Below, in pieces: positions 40,401-52,464 of a DNA stretch of 64,000 nt. The first letter of the stretch is position 1. Every line of letters starts with the position of its first letter. The position numbers and the translations under genes were made by a program. Location of the stretch: contig OZ024743.1 of assembly GCA_964016885.1 (NCBI GenBank), forward strand, positions 223,014,001 to 223,078,000, read 5' to 3'. Under the pieces are notes generated by a model. That model saw only the letters and a program-made list of their open reading frames with translations. It ran no database searches and was not told where the DNA came from. Source of the DNA: Eledone cirrhosa (Eukaryota).

Positions 40401-41806
40401 AAAAAGGAACTTCTAGCCTTATATAGTATCTGAAAACCTCTCGAGTGTTGATGCCACGATAAAATACACCTACTACACTTTGTAAACATACTGTGAAGTA
40501 GTTGTGTTGGTGCCATGATAAAATACACTCAGAATAAGTAAGATGGTTGGTGTTAAGAAGGGCACCCAGTTGCAGAAACCATGCAAAATATGGAATGTAA
40601 GAGCAAGAGCTCTCTCCAACCTATCTTGTCTCAGATTGTGACAACTCATCCAACCCATACCAGCATGTTAAGTGGACATAAAATGATGATGATGATGATG
40701 ATGGCATCACTCAACATATGTAACCCAGAGTTCATAGAACTGCATGTGTGTACAGACATACACTTGACTAAATATATAAATAGACATGAATATTAAAATG
40801 TTTCTTGGGATATGGATTTTCCTAAACCAACACATATTTTAACCCTTTTGATACCAAACTGCTTGAAAAAACTCTTGGTTTTATGATACAAACTCATTTT
40901 AAAGTGTTTATATTTATATAAAACTTCATAATGTTATGTAAAAACCTTTATAATATTATGTTCCAAACACCACATTAATAATGAGAAAATTAGTTATATA
41001 ACTAAATCCCTCCAAATGGACTGACAAAATGATAGGCAGTATCTTTCATTAGAAATATGGTATTTTGTTACAGCATAAACAGCTTATATAAATCTTACCA
41101 CAGCCAATAACAACCAGTGAGATATGTCAATCAATTTAATTTGCCATACTTCATTCCTTTTCATTTCATGTCACAGTTTATCATAACCACAGAAAACACT
41201 TGAATTGTTTATCAATGGTTCCTTACTAATTCTGGAGAGATGTTCAAGTTTCACCCTATTGAATTGTACACAATTTTGCTTGTTATATGAATAATAATTT
41301 TGTATTGTACTTGTCTGGCAAGTGACTAACCATTTAAAAACAAACTTAACTTTATTTTATATGTATTATCTATCTCCTAGTGTCAACATTTTCATCATAT
41401 TGTTTGTGACCGGGTCATTGACACAGTTCCATTGCAACTGAATTCTGGTGCTTGGAAATATATCATATATATAAAGTTAACAGTTTTTGTTTTCAAATGG
41501 CTAAAATGACTCTTCCACACAGAAGCAATTATTTCTTTTATTAAAGGTCAAGAAGACAATTATTATTGTTGATTTACAATAGTGACAGCTATAACAGAGA
41601 TATCTTATTTTTTTTCTTCTCTTTCCTCTGAAATTTTTATGGATGAACAAATCAAACAATACTTTTAATGGTTCACAGAAAAAAAATCTCAAATTGAATT
41701 TAAAATATATAAATAAGAAATCAGGTAGAAACTACATACCATGACGAGATTTCTTGCTGATAACAATGTTGGAAATGCTGTGTCCACCAATGAACTCTTT
41801 TACTTC
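1..41806 (-). CDS. RAVER1/2: RAVER1/2-like ribonucleoprotein PTB-binding protein; spliced gene span, 12 exons in window, partial at both ends
   Basis: Exons 41806-41740, 40315-40094, 39311-39058, 37427-37245, 27708-27570, 21601-21521, 19792-19680, 13848-13795, 6812-5790, 2936-2760, 1351-1241 and 160(163)-<1. All have AG acceptors, all but the edge-truncated last have GT donors, and phases are compatible. The translation follows RAVER RRM1-3 as I recall them (VTLMNGEDAE, LHPSDKMLCLTNLP, SKCLLIDGLP, AIVEYATAEAAE, VSFCIPG), then SGLLPDP and LLGxxP motifs. Confidence 0.9.
1241..1351 (-). CDS. RAVER1/2: RAVER-like exon (TYSNYYDQSEGNEDAYNTAKSQTTSDYYNKDLGTSYS), 111 nt, phase 0-0
   Basis: tttcag|ACTTAT...TCA|gtatgt. 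Confidence 0.82.
2760..2936 (-). CDS. RAVER1/2: RAVER-like exon (TGNNVGSSSS...YYDNYNNYYDNQ), 177 nt, phase 0-0
   Basis: gtctag|ACTGGA...CAG|gttagt; 59 open codons rich in S/T/Y/N. Confidence 0.82.
5790..6812 (-). CDS. RAVER1/2: RAVER-like large low-complexity exon, 1023 nt, phase 0-0
   Basis: gcatag|TCCAAC...CAG|gtaaat; contains most of ORF 5745..6758; motifs SLLGDP, GLLPNP and SLLGSPP; Q/N/P-rich then S/Y/G-rich. Confidence 0.9.
7159..7374. mobile_element. MITE family A (about 215 bp, TTAA-bounded, piggyBac-like ends)
   Basis: TIR TTAACCC(A/T)TTAGCATTTA...TAAATGCTAAAGGGTTAA. Other copies at 9049-9254, 38745-38955, ~49111-49300, ~52266-52464, split 56615-56687 + 59978-60113, and ~63829-63975. 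Confidence 0.8.
8024..8701. mobile_element. Non-autonomous TA-bounded Tc1/mariner-pogo-like element remnant
   Basis: Starts TACTGTATATACTTGAATATAAGCC, an end also seen at ~41940 and ~60995. Interrupts a MITE-B copy. Right end is uncertain. Confidence 0.4.
10623..10916. repeat. Perfect 74-bp inverted repeat with 146-nt spacer, between (TA)n tracts
   Basis: 10623-10696 is the exact reverse complement of 10843-10916. Confidence 0.95.
13795..13848 (-). CDS. RAVER1/2: RAVER-like small exon (FTGPLANQLNLLTSVGEQ), 54 nt, phase 0-0
   Basis: ctttctgtcttcctcttag|TTC...CAG|gtaaat; open frame. Confidence 0.75.
13909..14218. repeat. Tandem duplication, 2 x about 155 bp
   Basis: caccc(t)n gtaacc...tttcaacgtg occurs twice with few differences. 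Confidence 0.9.
14560..14920. repeat. Degenerate minisatellite (tgttgttaatgtgttaa-tataacacacaac-like units)
   Basis: Recurrent 35-45 nt semi-palindromic units. Confidence 0.65.
15242..15309. repeat. (TA)n microsatellite; others at ~10607, 17995, 18572, 20599, 24487 and 25339
   Basis: Seen directly. Confidence 0.95.
17018..17645 (-). mobile_element. 5'-truncated degenerate RTE-clade LINE of a second family, inserted in a MITE-B copy
   Basis: Peptides VPLKQAEKFKCLG...LSARIAGAGAV and WSHLGILPDQLEMVASDRTHW are typical RTE C-terminus. Related 3' stubs at ~42400-42490 and ~45385-45520. Confidence 0.8.
18267..18370. repeat. Near-perfect 104-nt palindrome (51-bp arms, 1 mismatch)
   Basis: gaaaaagtatggccccgac...gtcggggccatactttttc, centred at 18318/18319. 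Confidence 0.95.
19680..19792 (-). CDS. RAVER1/2: RAVER-like exon (GLLGPGPNVSFNPLMNSNMQLGLIILLALQMQGQRQQL), 113 nt, phase 1-0
   Basis: ttacag|GTCTT...TTG|gtaagt; begins with a GLLGxxP motif. Confidence 0.85.
21521..21601 (-). CDS. RAVER1/2: RAVER-like exon (LLEQFHQALQLLQKTYIHQTIMRNAKP), 81 nt, phase 1-1
   Basis: Strong polypyrimidine tract ctttctttttcttttag, donor CAG|gtattt; open and phase-compatible. Not in the ORF track. Confidence 0.82.
22260..22570 (+). mobile_element. tRNA-head SINE with a ccttgagcaagacactt-type central domain (old family)
   Basis: A-box-like tagtggttagg and B-box-like gagttcaattc. Related copies at ~12415-12740, 27120-27370, 30835-31145, 35075-35380, 50580-50760 and 51600-51910. 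Confidence 0.65.
23330..23448 (-). pseudogene. 5S rRNA pseudogene, full length and diverged
   Basis: Minus strand reads GTTTATGGTCATATCAAGTTGAAAACACCAGTTCTCGTCTGATCACTGAAGTTATGCAATG...CTAGTACTTAGTGGGGGTGAC...CTGTAAAT, then TCTTTT. Colinear with animal 5S rRNA as I recall it, with many CpG-type transitions. Confidence 0.88.
27570..27708 (-). CDS. RAVER1/2: RAVER-like exon (EKVASPF...SGLLPDP...NPK), 139 nt, phase 0-1
   Basis: cttcag|GAGAAG...AAAC|gtaagt; GLLPDP corresponds to the RAVER GLLPEP motif after RRM3. Confidence 0.88.
33235..33960. repeat. Purine-rich ~24-bp minisatellite (gagctacaatagacacagaaatga)
   Basis: Homogeneous core at ~33530-33790 with degenerate flanks. Confidence 0.92.
37245..37427 (-). 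CDS. RAVER1/2: RAVER-like exon, RRM3, 183 nt, phase 0-0
   Basis: ttccag|ATTGTT...AAG|gtattt; CAIVEYATAEAAE...VSFCIPG. Confidence 0.92.
39058..39311 (-). CDS. RAVER1/2: RAVER-like exon, RRM2 end and RRM3 start, 254 nt, phase 1-0
   Basis: tttcag|GTGAA...CAA|gtaaga; GESKNYAIFEY is RNP1-like; SKCLLIDGLP. Confidence 0.92.
40094..40315 (-). CDS. RAVER1/2: RAVER-like exon, RRM1 end and RRM2 start, 222 nt, phase 1-1
   Basis: ctacag|CAATA...ACTG|gtgtgt; overlaps ORF 40032..40301. Confidence 0.92.
41740..41806 (-). CDS. RAVER1/2: RAVER-like exon, RRM1 part (EVKEFIGGHSISNIVISKKSRH), 67 nt, phase 0-1
   Basis: tttcag|GAAGTA...CATG|gtatgt; 22 codons + 1 nt; joins the next exon in frame as Ala. Confidence 0.85.
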
Positions 41807-43700
41807 CTGAAAGATAGAAATAATAGAATAAGTAGGTAATGTTAGAACACTGAGAAATAAAATCATGCATGAAACTGCTTGACACTTTTCATACCAACCC
41901 ACCCATAACCTCCTCTGATTTTAATAATGCTCCAACACTTACTATTTATACTCGAATAAAAGCCAAGTCAACCCCTATTTTATGCCTGAGAAATGGGCAA
42001 AAATCCAAACCCCATTTATAAGCTGAGGCAGGTAATCAACACATTATATTCAGATGGTATGGTTTTGAAATTCTCATGAGTAGAGAATATATTTATGAAA
42101 TTGCAATATTTTAATATTTAAAATGTTTTAAGTGTCAATTAGAGTATAGCTTTTGTTTCACAACTCCTTTACATAATTTTTTTTTCCAAGTTCTGTAGGA
42201 GACCTGCTAAGCTTGCATAGATGTAAGCTGTTAGTAGACTGATCATAGATAGCATGTGTTGATATCTTTTCATTAAGCTTGTTTGTGAAACTACCTTAGA
42301 GGTTCCTATGTAAATTTATGAGGGAAGGTTTTTAGGTAAATACAAATATATTAAAACAAAGTTTTTTTTAATTGTAAAACCAGGCAGTTTGGTATTTTCG
42401 TCTTCTCTGCCCACTTATTCTTGGGAGGGTCATAAAGGCAGAGTCCTCAAGCATGCCTTCCAGCGGGTCCTTGTCAGAAGCAACTCATAAAATTTGTCCA
42501 CTAATTCTTTCCCTACATCTCTTTTCCAGACACAAAGTATAGACTTTAACCAGAGAGGATTAACAAGGAGATCCCTCTATAGTTAGAGCAATTTCTCTTG
42601 TCTTCCTTTTTGAAAATTGGGATTATCACTCCTGATTGCCATTGCTTTATGTGCATTTCCAGAGATCCAGGCCACCAAGCACACAAAAGTCAGCAAGAGA
42701 ATGCCTTCCTTATTTAAAGCTTTTAACATCCCAGGCCGAATTTCATCCTCTGTAGAGACCATGCCACATTTGAAGGGTTAGTCATCATTCCCAGGTGCCC
42801 CTCATATACTCTACCTTGCAAGGATGTAACCCTTTGAAGAGAAGAATCCTGGATGCATTCCTGATAGCTGACATGAAAGGGGACTTCTTATGAAGTTAGC
42901 AGATGGTCTGCTAGAATACTTTATTTACTGACCTGAAGTCAGATTTAGAGCTTAACTTTTGATGCCTTTGTCCCTGCTGCGACTTTTCATGCCTGCTTGT
43001 TTCACAAGTGCAAGAAGGAGGACTTATTTCCAAGCCCTGTTTTGTAAACCTCGTTCTTTGACCTTTTGATTGAACCAAAGGGTTCTTCTGCCACCTAACA
43101 TTACACCAAGCTGCTTTCACCTGTAGCATTTAAGAGGTGAATCAGAAACTACTGAGCTGAACAGTTTGTTATCAACAGGGTTAATTATTTGGTGCAGGTA
43201 TTGCCATGCCATTAAGAAGTTCACTTTGGAACATGGTTGTGGATTCAAACAAACAATGTACGTGGCCATAAATTGCCCTTAAGTGAATTTGTAGATGGAA
43301 ACTGTAAGAAAACTGCCTAAAAAATTATACTCTAACTCAAAATAACAGAAAAAGCATATGTAAAAACGTCAATGATATTTGCTGTTTGAAATTGTTTTCC
43401 CATTATAGACACAGGAATGGTTGTGTGGTTATTTTAATGTTAACTATTAATGTTAATTTAAATTAAAAAGATTACTTTTAATATTATGGTTACTCTATAA
43501 TTTCACCACCATCCTTCCAGTCATTTCTACACCCTTTCATCTATTTGCTCTTAATATTTTAAACAGATGCTGATTTTTCAAAAAAACCCAAAAACTATGA
43601 CCTATTTTTTGTTTGTTTTTGTTTCCTAGTGTGTTTTTGTTAGTTGTAAGTTAATATTTACAAGACCATTATAGTAAATTACAGTGTTAAAGTAATTAAG

Positions 43701-45012
43701 AGCCGAATCAATAGCTGAGCTAGAGAAGAAATTCCAAACATGGAAGCGTGGCCTAGAATCAAAAGGCCTTAAAGTTAACTTGTCTAAGACTAAAGTCCTA
43801 ATATCTAGGAAAGAGAATAGGGCACTGGTCCCATCTGGGAATTGGCCATGCTCAGTGTGTAGGAAAGGAGTAGGCAGAAACTCCATTTTATGTCCCAAAT
43901 GCAAAGTATGGGTGCATAAAACATGTAGTGGGATCACAGGTAAGCTAACTAAGAATATAGATTTTATATGTGGCCGGTGCTCTGGTGCAATTAGTAGCAG
44001 CAAATACCCACAGAATACTAGCTTATTACATTGCCCAGATGGTTCTATAGAAATAGTGGACACCTTCCGTTACCTGGTTGTCAAAATCAGCAGTGGTGGA
44101 GGGTGCTCTGAAAGTACAGTAGCTAGAGTCAGAACAGAATGGAAAAAGTTCAGAGAGCTTATACCACTATTGGCCGCTAAAGGTTTCTCTCTAAAAATGA
44201 AAGGCAGGCTGTATGATGCCTGCATACGAACAGCGATGTTACATGACAGTGAGACATGGGCCTTGTGTGCAGAGGATCGACGCAGACTGGAGAAGAACGA
44301 AGCTTGCATGCTCCGTTGGATGTGTAATAGTAATATACGCGAACGGCAAAGCATAAATGAACTAAGTGAGAAATTAGGAATAAGAGGGATCAGATGCTGT
44401 TTACTCGAGAGAAGACTATGTTGGTATGGTCACGTGATGCGCATGAAAGATGACAGCTGTATAAAAAAGTGCAGGGCAATCAAAATAGAAGGTAGCCACA
44501 GAGTAGGCAGACCCAGAAAAACCTGGGACGACTTGATAAAATCCGACCTTACACACTTACACCTCTCCAAGACAATGTCACTGGAACAAGATCTTTGGCG
44601 CTACGTAGTAATACAGAAGACCTGCCTTGCCTAAGTACAAAGCGAAACCACAGTCAGTAGGCACCTCTTAACCAAAATAAACCCCCGTCTCACTCACCCT
44701 ACCCCCACGCATCTACACCACCCCTTTCCATGTAAAGCTATGTTGGTACCACAGCATCCAGTCCTAAATAAATGAGGTCGTGTAGGTGTCACGACAAAAA
44801 AAAACACACAGTCCATGCTGTAATGTGGCCGTGTAGGTAACACGGTAAAAACCTCCCAGTCCACACTGTAAACGTGGTTGGTGTTAGGAAGGGCATCCAG
44901 CCGTAGAAAACCCGCCAGACAGTCCTGGGCAAGACAACAAATCTTGCCTCAAATGGGACAATTCCCGTCCAGACCCATGCTATCGTTAAACGATGATGAT
45001 GATGATGATGAT
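43701..45012 (+). mobile_element. RTE LINE copy A: 5'-truncated, RT C-terminus + PHD + 3'UTR + (GAT)n tail
   Basis: ORF 43780..44634 (KTKV, WYGHVMR, GRPRKTW); tail gatgatgat. Confidence 0.93.
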
Positions 45013-46109
45013 TTTGTATTCCTTTGAGAACAAATAACACCATAGCAACAGTAGTCAACTTAATCTGTCGGACTCCTGGTCCCTTTGTTTCTTAATCCGT
45101 TGTTTCTATCAATAGAACATCTACTACAACTTTATTATCCTGTACATTATGATTACACATTAACCCTTTCAATGTATGTATGAATCCAACTGCTGGTTAA
45201 GTCACATGAGTATTTAAAACCTGGTGGAGCCCATCCCCATTGCAGGTCTGACCAGGTGCCGATTTCTTCCAGAGAAGAGAGTGATAGAGGAAGTAAGAAA
45301 GAGATATAGCAAAGAAACCGTAGTATTGGCCTGGTAATTAAACACATTTTTTTTTTAATCTATCTTGATAATATAAGACACTCTCTTCTCTCTTCTTCTT
45401 CGGCCATTATTCCTGAAAGGGTCGTGGGGGAAGAGCCCTCAAACGCTCTCTCCAGCGGGTCCTGTCAGAAACAACCGTCTCCAACTGATCCGGCTAGATC
45501 CCCAAGCATGGCCAGCCAAGGGCAAGATGTTTGGAAAACATACATAACATAAGACACTGCCTATAAATTTCAAATAATTTTGAAAATATATATTTAAAGG
45601 AATTTAGTAATATGACACATTTTCTCACTATTAACCATTTCGGTACCATACTTCTAAAGAAAAGCACTGTCTATAATTTTCAAACCAGTTTGAAAATAAT
45701 CAATAATTTGAAAGAATTTAATAATATAGCTAACTTTTTCATTAAGTTGATGTTTGGAATATAACAATTACATTAAATTATAGAACAAGGGGCAAATTAA
45801 TGTGGTTGGAAGCTGGTATTTGGAGCATAATTTAACAAAGGTTCTCATTAAAAAAATATAAACACTTTAAAACAAACAGCTGTGTATCATAAAACTACAT
45901 ACAGTTTCAAGCAGTTTAGTATCAAAAGGATTAATCATCATCATCAACATTTAACATGTTTTCCACTGCTGGTAATTACAAATACATTTTGAGTCCTCTT
46001 GACAACAAATAACACCATAGCAACAACCGCCATCAGCTTCATGTCTTTTTGTTTCTTAATCCATTCATGACCTATATTTCTAATGAAGTACGTTCTACTT
46101 CAATTAATT

Positions 46110-46292
46110 AATTGTTTCTACTTTTGGCACAAGGCCAGCAATTACCCAGTGTATTACTGGTACTTTATTTTATCGACCCCATAAGGATGAAAGGCAAAGT
46201 TAACCTCGGCGGGATTTGAACTCAGAATGGCAAGGGCCGTAACTCTATGCGTCAAAGCATGGCGTCCGACCCTCTACCGATACTGCCAATCC
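46110..46292 (-). mobile_element. Young tRNA-derived SINE with target-site duplication
   Basis: A box TGGCAGTATCGG, B box GAGTTCAAATCC, body gcctttcatcctt..ggggtcgataaaataaagtaccag, flanked by aattaattaat on both sides. Near-identical copy at 48364-48545 with TSD agtcctaataat. Plus-strand copy at ~56428-56592. Older copies at ~5200, 11455, 13143, 16425, 21346, 27925 and 31835. Confidence 0.85.
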
Positions 46293-47266
46293 AATTAATT
46301 AATGAAGACTGTTGAGGGATTCACTAAATATATTTTATTACTAAGATAGTAACTTAACATATGGTTCTTATATGAAGCTTTGTTGGAAGATTTAATTCAA
46401 ATAGGAACCCTTTAAAATGGGTGTTGTTTCACAGAACCCGAGTCACTTTTGACTGAGTTGGTATCAAAAGGATTAATCCTTTCCAACTTACTATCAATAG
46501 AGTCACACCTGCTACAACTTTAGCCCCAACTGTATATTTAAACTTTAACTTTTTTATGACCATATTTCTAATGAAATGCACTTTTCATTACCATACACTG
46601 GCATGTCTTGAAATTAATTTTGAAAATTACCAAACATTTGAAGGAATTTTATGAAATAATTAAGTATGAGCAAGACAGTCATCTGATCTGGCTTGGCTCA
46701 CAACAGGACAACTCGTCTAACCCATGCTAGCGTGGAAAAATTGACCAAACAATGATGATGATGATCAATTAAGTTTTTCATTAGTAAACTAATATTTAGA
46801 ACATTACTTGAGAACATTTTCTAAAATAAAATTATGAGGAAAGGTTTTAATATAAGGATAAGCACTTTAAAATGAACAGTTTTGTATCTTAAATCTAAGG
46901 TGATTTCAGGTAGTTTGATAAAGAATGAACACAAGACAACCGTTTAGACCAATCTCAGATACATTGCTAGTGTCACTAGCTTGATAAAATGTACCCAGTT
47001 CAGACTCTGAACTAGTTGGTAAAAACCATGCCAAAAACATAATAGGAAAGACTGGTTTTTAAGTGTGTGCCAGATGATGAAAGACTATCACAAGTAACAA
47101 GGCGAAACACTGCAGTGAAAGTGGACAAAAGCAAAAATCTACACAAACCAGCCAGAAATATTTACAATAGAATGTTATGAAATTTTATTAAAAGCAGATA
47201 AACATGTCCATTTACATACAATATAATCAATGAAGTTGAGGTTTATATAGGTTTAGTTGTATATAT

Positions 47267-47507
47267 TTAACCCTTTCGCTACTAAATCACCTTTAGTTCA
47301 ATGATAGAAAACTGTTTGTTTTTAAGTGTTTATATTTATCTAAAAACCTTCATCATAGTTTTATGTAATCTTTATGCTCCAAATACCAGCTTAACAATGA
47401 GAAAGTTAGATATATTGCTAAATCTTTCTAATTCTTGATTATTTTCAAAATTATCTGAAAATCATAGGCTGTGTATTTCATAAGAAATATAATAAAGAAA
47501 GGATTAA
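47267..47507. mobile_element. MITE family B (about 250 bp, TTAA-bounded); the most abundant repeat in the window
   Basis: Ends TTAACCCTTT..TACCA / TGGTAA..AAAGGGTTAA with a conserved body (aatgagaaagttagttatattactaaat...ttttcaaaattatttgaaaatcataggcag). Whole or partial copies in both orientations at ~1480, 2430, 3515, 4560, 12870, 21837, 26790, 40840, 45630, 47716, 50185, 50940 and elsewhere. Confidence 0.8.
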
Positions 47508-49339
47508 ATATACCATGGCAAATAAAATGCATCAACCAATGCAAACCTTACATAGTATTCAAGGACCACAAGGGTAATTTAACAGTTAATTAAAGTGCCG
47601 ACTTATTAACCAAACAAAAAGTGAACTAAGTGTAGTCAGCAAACATATTTTAGATTCTATATACACAAAACAATTTTAATACAATGAAATTGTAGCTGCA
47701 CTACTATTAAGTGGTTTAACCCTTTTGTTACCATATTTCTAATGAAATACACTATGGTATTCATTTGGAGGAATTTAGTAATATAACAAACGTTCTCACT
47801 ATTAAGCTGCTTTCTGAAAAAAAATATTATAATGGAGAGGGTTTAGATAAAGATAAACTCTTTAAAATAAAAGAAAAATTGTATCATAGAATGAGGGATG
47901 GTTTCAAGTGAGTAGGTATCAAAAAGGTTTGTTTCTTACAGTTGTCTCTTTTTCTGTTTAACCTTTTAATGCCAAACCATCTGAAACTGCCCCTGGCACT
48001 ATAATACAAAACTATTTGGTGCCAAAGACTCTTCGTCTGCGAGGACGCACCCTAATTATGACAACCAAATATTTGAAAAAAATATAATAAACAACCTTCG
48101 GCCTCCAGGACATATGGTAAATTTTTGAGACTTATTTTATGAAAAAAGTAGCTTCTTTGACGCCGGGAAATACAGTATATCTATGTAAAAACCTTCAATC
48201 AATTGATTGTAAGAACCTTTGTTAAATTATATTCCAAACATAACTTAACAAAGGTTCTTACAATAGAGGTAAAGCTAACCCCAACAGGATTTGAACTCAG
48301 GCTGTAACTATGCCGCAAAGCATGTTGTCTAATGCTCTACCAATCCACCATGTTAGTCCTAATAATTGTTTCTACTTTTGGCACAAAGCCAGCAATTACC
48401 CAGTGTATTACTGGTACTTTATTTTATCGACTCCGTAAGGATGAAAGGCAAAGTTAACCTCGGCGGGATTTGAACTCAGATTGGAAAGGGCTGTAACTCT
48501 ATGCGTCAAAGCATGGTGTCTGACCCTCTACCGATACTACCAATCAGTCCTAATAATGATAGGACTACATGTAATACTGTGTGTGGTGGGTTAATGAAAT
48601 AATGAGAAAATTAGTGACATTAGAAAATCCCTACAAATTCTAGATTATTTTCAAAATTATTTGAAAATTGTAGACTGTGTTTTTCATTAGGAATCTGGTA
48701 ACAAAGGGGCTAACAACACTCAACAAGTCTGTTAAAGTTGTCTTTTTTATCAATATGACTTACTAAAGAGCACATCTCCCAATATTTACATATAGTTTGT
48801 ATGCAAACACTTCTCAAATTCAGGTAACTCGACAAAGTCTCCAAGTAGAACGTGATCTGGGCAAACATTTTAGCACCAAGGGAGGCGAATTCCAATTGCC
48901 TAAGTACTTGTGCCAAAATGTAATGAATCGTTAATTTTATATATTCATAAATAGGCAACTTGTATTAAGTTACTGTTATGGCTTTTTAGATATTTTGAGA
49001 GCAAGCAGTTTCAGATTTATACAGGATTGAAATGTTGCCTGAAAACATGAGGTTTCTCATCTCTCAATAGGAGAAAAGAGATAATTTGACTTCCTGCATC
49101 AACATATGACTTAACCCTTTAGCATTTAAACCAGCCGTATCCAGCCAGAATTCTCTCACCTTTTTCTGTTGAAACCGGCTGCTCATACTTGTTAAGGTAT
49201 TGTTCTCAAAATAAATATCAAAATCGATATTATGTGAGATAGAGTGTTTACTGTGAAAATACAATAGTAAATATAGAGTAATGTAAATGCCAAAGTGATA
49301 AAGTTCTACTTGACACATACAACAGTAAGGAAGAGATAG

Positions 49340-49730
49340 ATACCCATAGCATAGAGGAAAATTGGGAAATTTTATGTGACAATCTACTGAAGGTCATGGA
49401 CCATGTAACAAAGTTATGGGATTGTAGAATGATAGGACTGATAGAACTATAAGAGCTTGGAAATACTGGAAAAATGCAGGAAACAAAGCAATATCGAATA
49501 GCTCATAGAGAGGTTAGACATCAGGTATACTTAGTGAAGGGACAGGCAAAAAAGTATGCACACGTTCTACAATGAGATGATTAAAGTTGTGAAATTTTCT
49601 GGATTGCAAGACAGTGCCAGGGAAAAACAAGATAATGGGGAAAATTGTCCAAAATGGTAATCGTGTATTTTCTCTAAGGCCCAAAAGAAAGAGAATAAGT
49701 GGAAGAGTGAGGGCCTATCCTACACGGACA
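49340..49730 (+). mobile_element. Highly degenerate RTE fragment
   Basis: Patchy similarity to the linker of RTE copies B and C (atagaggaaaattgggaa, gttctacaa, ggattgcaagacagtg, gagaataagtgg). Confidence 0.55.
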
Positions 49731-52464
49731 CACTCATCACCTTGTTAAACTCTATCACACCTATCTTACACCCATGATATATTTTCTTCCTACATCACTA
49801 CCTGAATCCTGCACACCTGATATTCAACCATAACACCAAACTTACCCTCTGGCACTACTTGTCACTTAACCATGATGTACCTATCATTCTTTTTACCTAC
49901 TCTATTTTATTCCTCTCTAGCTACCAATCCATACATTACAGAGGCTCTTTCAGTTGAATATATGACCAAGAAGTCAGTACTGGCTTGGTCTGTGATGACC
50001 TGACCAACCCTTGATAGCAGCAAAAATGAATGTTAAATAATGATGATGATGATTATCATATTTTTTAATGAAATACACCGTCTATGATTTTAAAATCATT
50101 TTGAAAATAAAGAATTGAGCCTATGATGAGCATGAAGCCTGCAAAGCTAACCCTTACAGAAAATGGCCTTAAAATACTTGTTATATTACTATATTTCTAA
50201 TGAAAGATGCTGTCATGATTCGCAAATCATTTTGAAAACAAACAAGAATTTGGAGGTACTTAGTAATGTAACTTACTCATTTTTGAAAGATTCTTACATA
50301 AAATTACGATAGGTTTCTAAATAAATATAAACACTTTAAAATAAACAGTTTTGTACCATAGAACCAAACAGTTTCAGATGCTAAGGCTTCAAGAGAGTTA
50401 AATAAACATACAATTTTAATTTTGATATGAAAAATAAACAGTTTGTTTGCTTTTCACAGCGAGGCTAAAATTACATGGTTATTAGAAAAAGGTGTACTTT
50501 ACATTTTAAATTACTCCAACTTGCTCTGTAGTATATTACAAATTAATCAAACATGACTTTCAACTTTGTTAATAAGTGCATGGCTTAGTGATTAGTCACT
50601 AATAATAAAGTCATAGGTTTGATTCTTGGACTTGATGGCACTTTGTGACCTTGAGCAAGATGTTTCATCTCACATTGCTCTAGCTTACTCAGCTGGAAAA
50701 AAGAATGAGTACTAGCAGCAACTGGGGCTAAACTCTGCAACAGACTTGCATCTGGCCCAGAAATAATTTCATGATTGGACTGGGTGGATTCTAACATTAG
50801 AACACTTGAGAAATCTATGAGATGCAACCTTGTAGGAGGCAAGCTAAACCTACACAGGTGTAGGCTACAATAATTCTTAAATTTATCTACGTCTGTGAAA
50901 TTACTGATACCATCCTTAAACTTTTGTAGCTATCTCTAACATGTTTTCGTTACAATATTTCTAATGAAAAACACTACCTATGATTTTCAAATAATCGAGA
51001 ATTTAGAAAGATTTAGTAATATAATTGAAAAAAATTAAATTTACAGCTCACACATATAATGGGTTAGTTGGTCTCTTATGAGGTTGTATCTCATAGGAAA
51101 TTTCTCAGGTGTTTTGATGATAGTCATATCAAGAAAAGCAACATGAAATATAGTATCTTGTTCAAAAACACAACATGCCACCTGATCCAGGATTCAAACC
51201 CACGGTTTTATAATCACAAATCTAACACCCTAACCATTAGACCAAGTGTCTGCACAGTAATATAACTAACTTTCTCATTATTAAGTTGGTGTTTGTAACA
51301 TAACTTAAAGACTCTTATATGAAACTACGATGGAAGGTTTCTGAAAAAATATAAATACTTTAAAATAAACAATTTCATTCATATCATTAGAAACAGGAGC
51401 AGTTTCAGGTAGTTTGGTATCTAAAGTGTTAACATCAGGCATTATATGCCTAAACCGTTTAATTGTAACATTCAGTTATACTACACAATAATATATCTGT
51501 CTTGTAAGTGATCAGTAATTGCTCGAAAGCAAAGCATATTTTATCCCTGGCAAAAAATAGATTCCTTTCATAGAGTTTTCTTAAAAATGTAGATACAAGC
51601 ATAGCTGTGTGTGGTTAATGAGTTTATTTTACAACCACATGTCACGTTGGGCAAGGGTTATCTACTATAGCCTCTGATTAACCAATGATTTGTCAGTGAT
51701 ATTTGACGGGTGGAAACTGCAGAACTGTATCATATATGTATCTGTTTGTGTGTCCAAATCTGTGCTTATGATTGTGTAACATAATTTAGCAGTTTGATAA
51801 AGAGATTGATAAAATAAATACCAGACTTGAAAAAATATAATTAGCTAAACCCCTTTAAATTCAGTGCCCCAACATAGCTGCTGTCTAATGGCTGAAACCA
51901 GTAAAAGAATAACTGCAAAGTGAAAGTTATAACTAGCATTAGAGGTTCGATGTTCTTGTTTAAAAAAAAAAGCTATGTGTAGCAGCCAAGATTATACTTC
52001 ACAACTTCACACACCAGATAGATTACTGAAAAGAAATTCATGATATTAGCTTTGTAAATTATTCATTTGATTCAGACTTTCCAATATTTACCGAAATGAC
52101 CCTAACCAAGAAGAGCATTTGTTGTGACATGTGTTGGCAGATTGATACATGTAGTTGGGTATATAAATATATTATTTAAAACATGTAAACCCTATGGTCA
52201 AGCTAAAACCATTTAGATGGTTGAATGGAAATCCAATTTAATTTTCATTCAACTATTGAAATGGTTTAACTCTTCAGCATTTAAACTGGCTGTACCCGGC
52301 CACAATTCTCTAACTTCTCTCTGTTCAAACCAGCTGTAACTGGCTGTTCAACTGATGTTAAGGTGTTGTTCTCAAAATAAATAATATCAAAATCTCATAG
52401 ATTTGATATTATGTGAGATAATTATGTTAGGTAAAACCTTTACTGTGAAAATATAATAGTAAAT

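Noticed and set aside
42500-43140. Coding-like, GC-richer segment (ORF 42911..43129)
   Set aside because: Probably a decayed retroelement fragment, but I could not recognise any motif to classify it.
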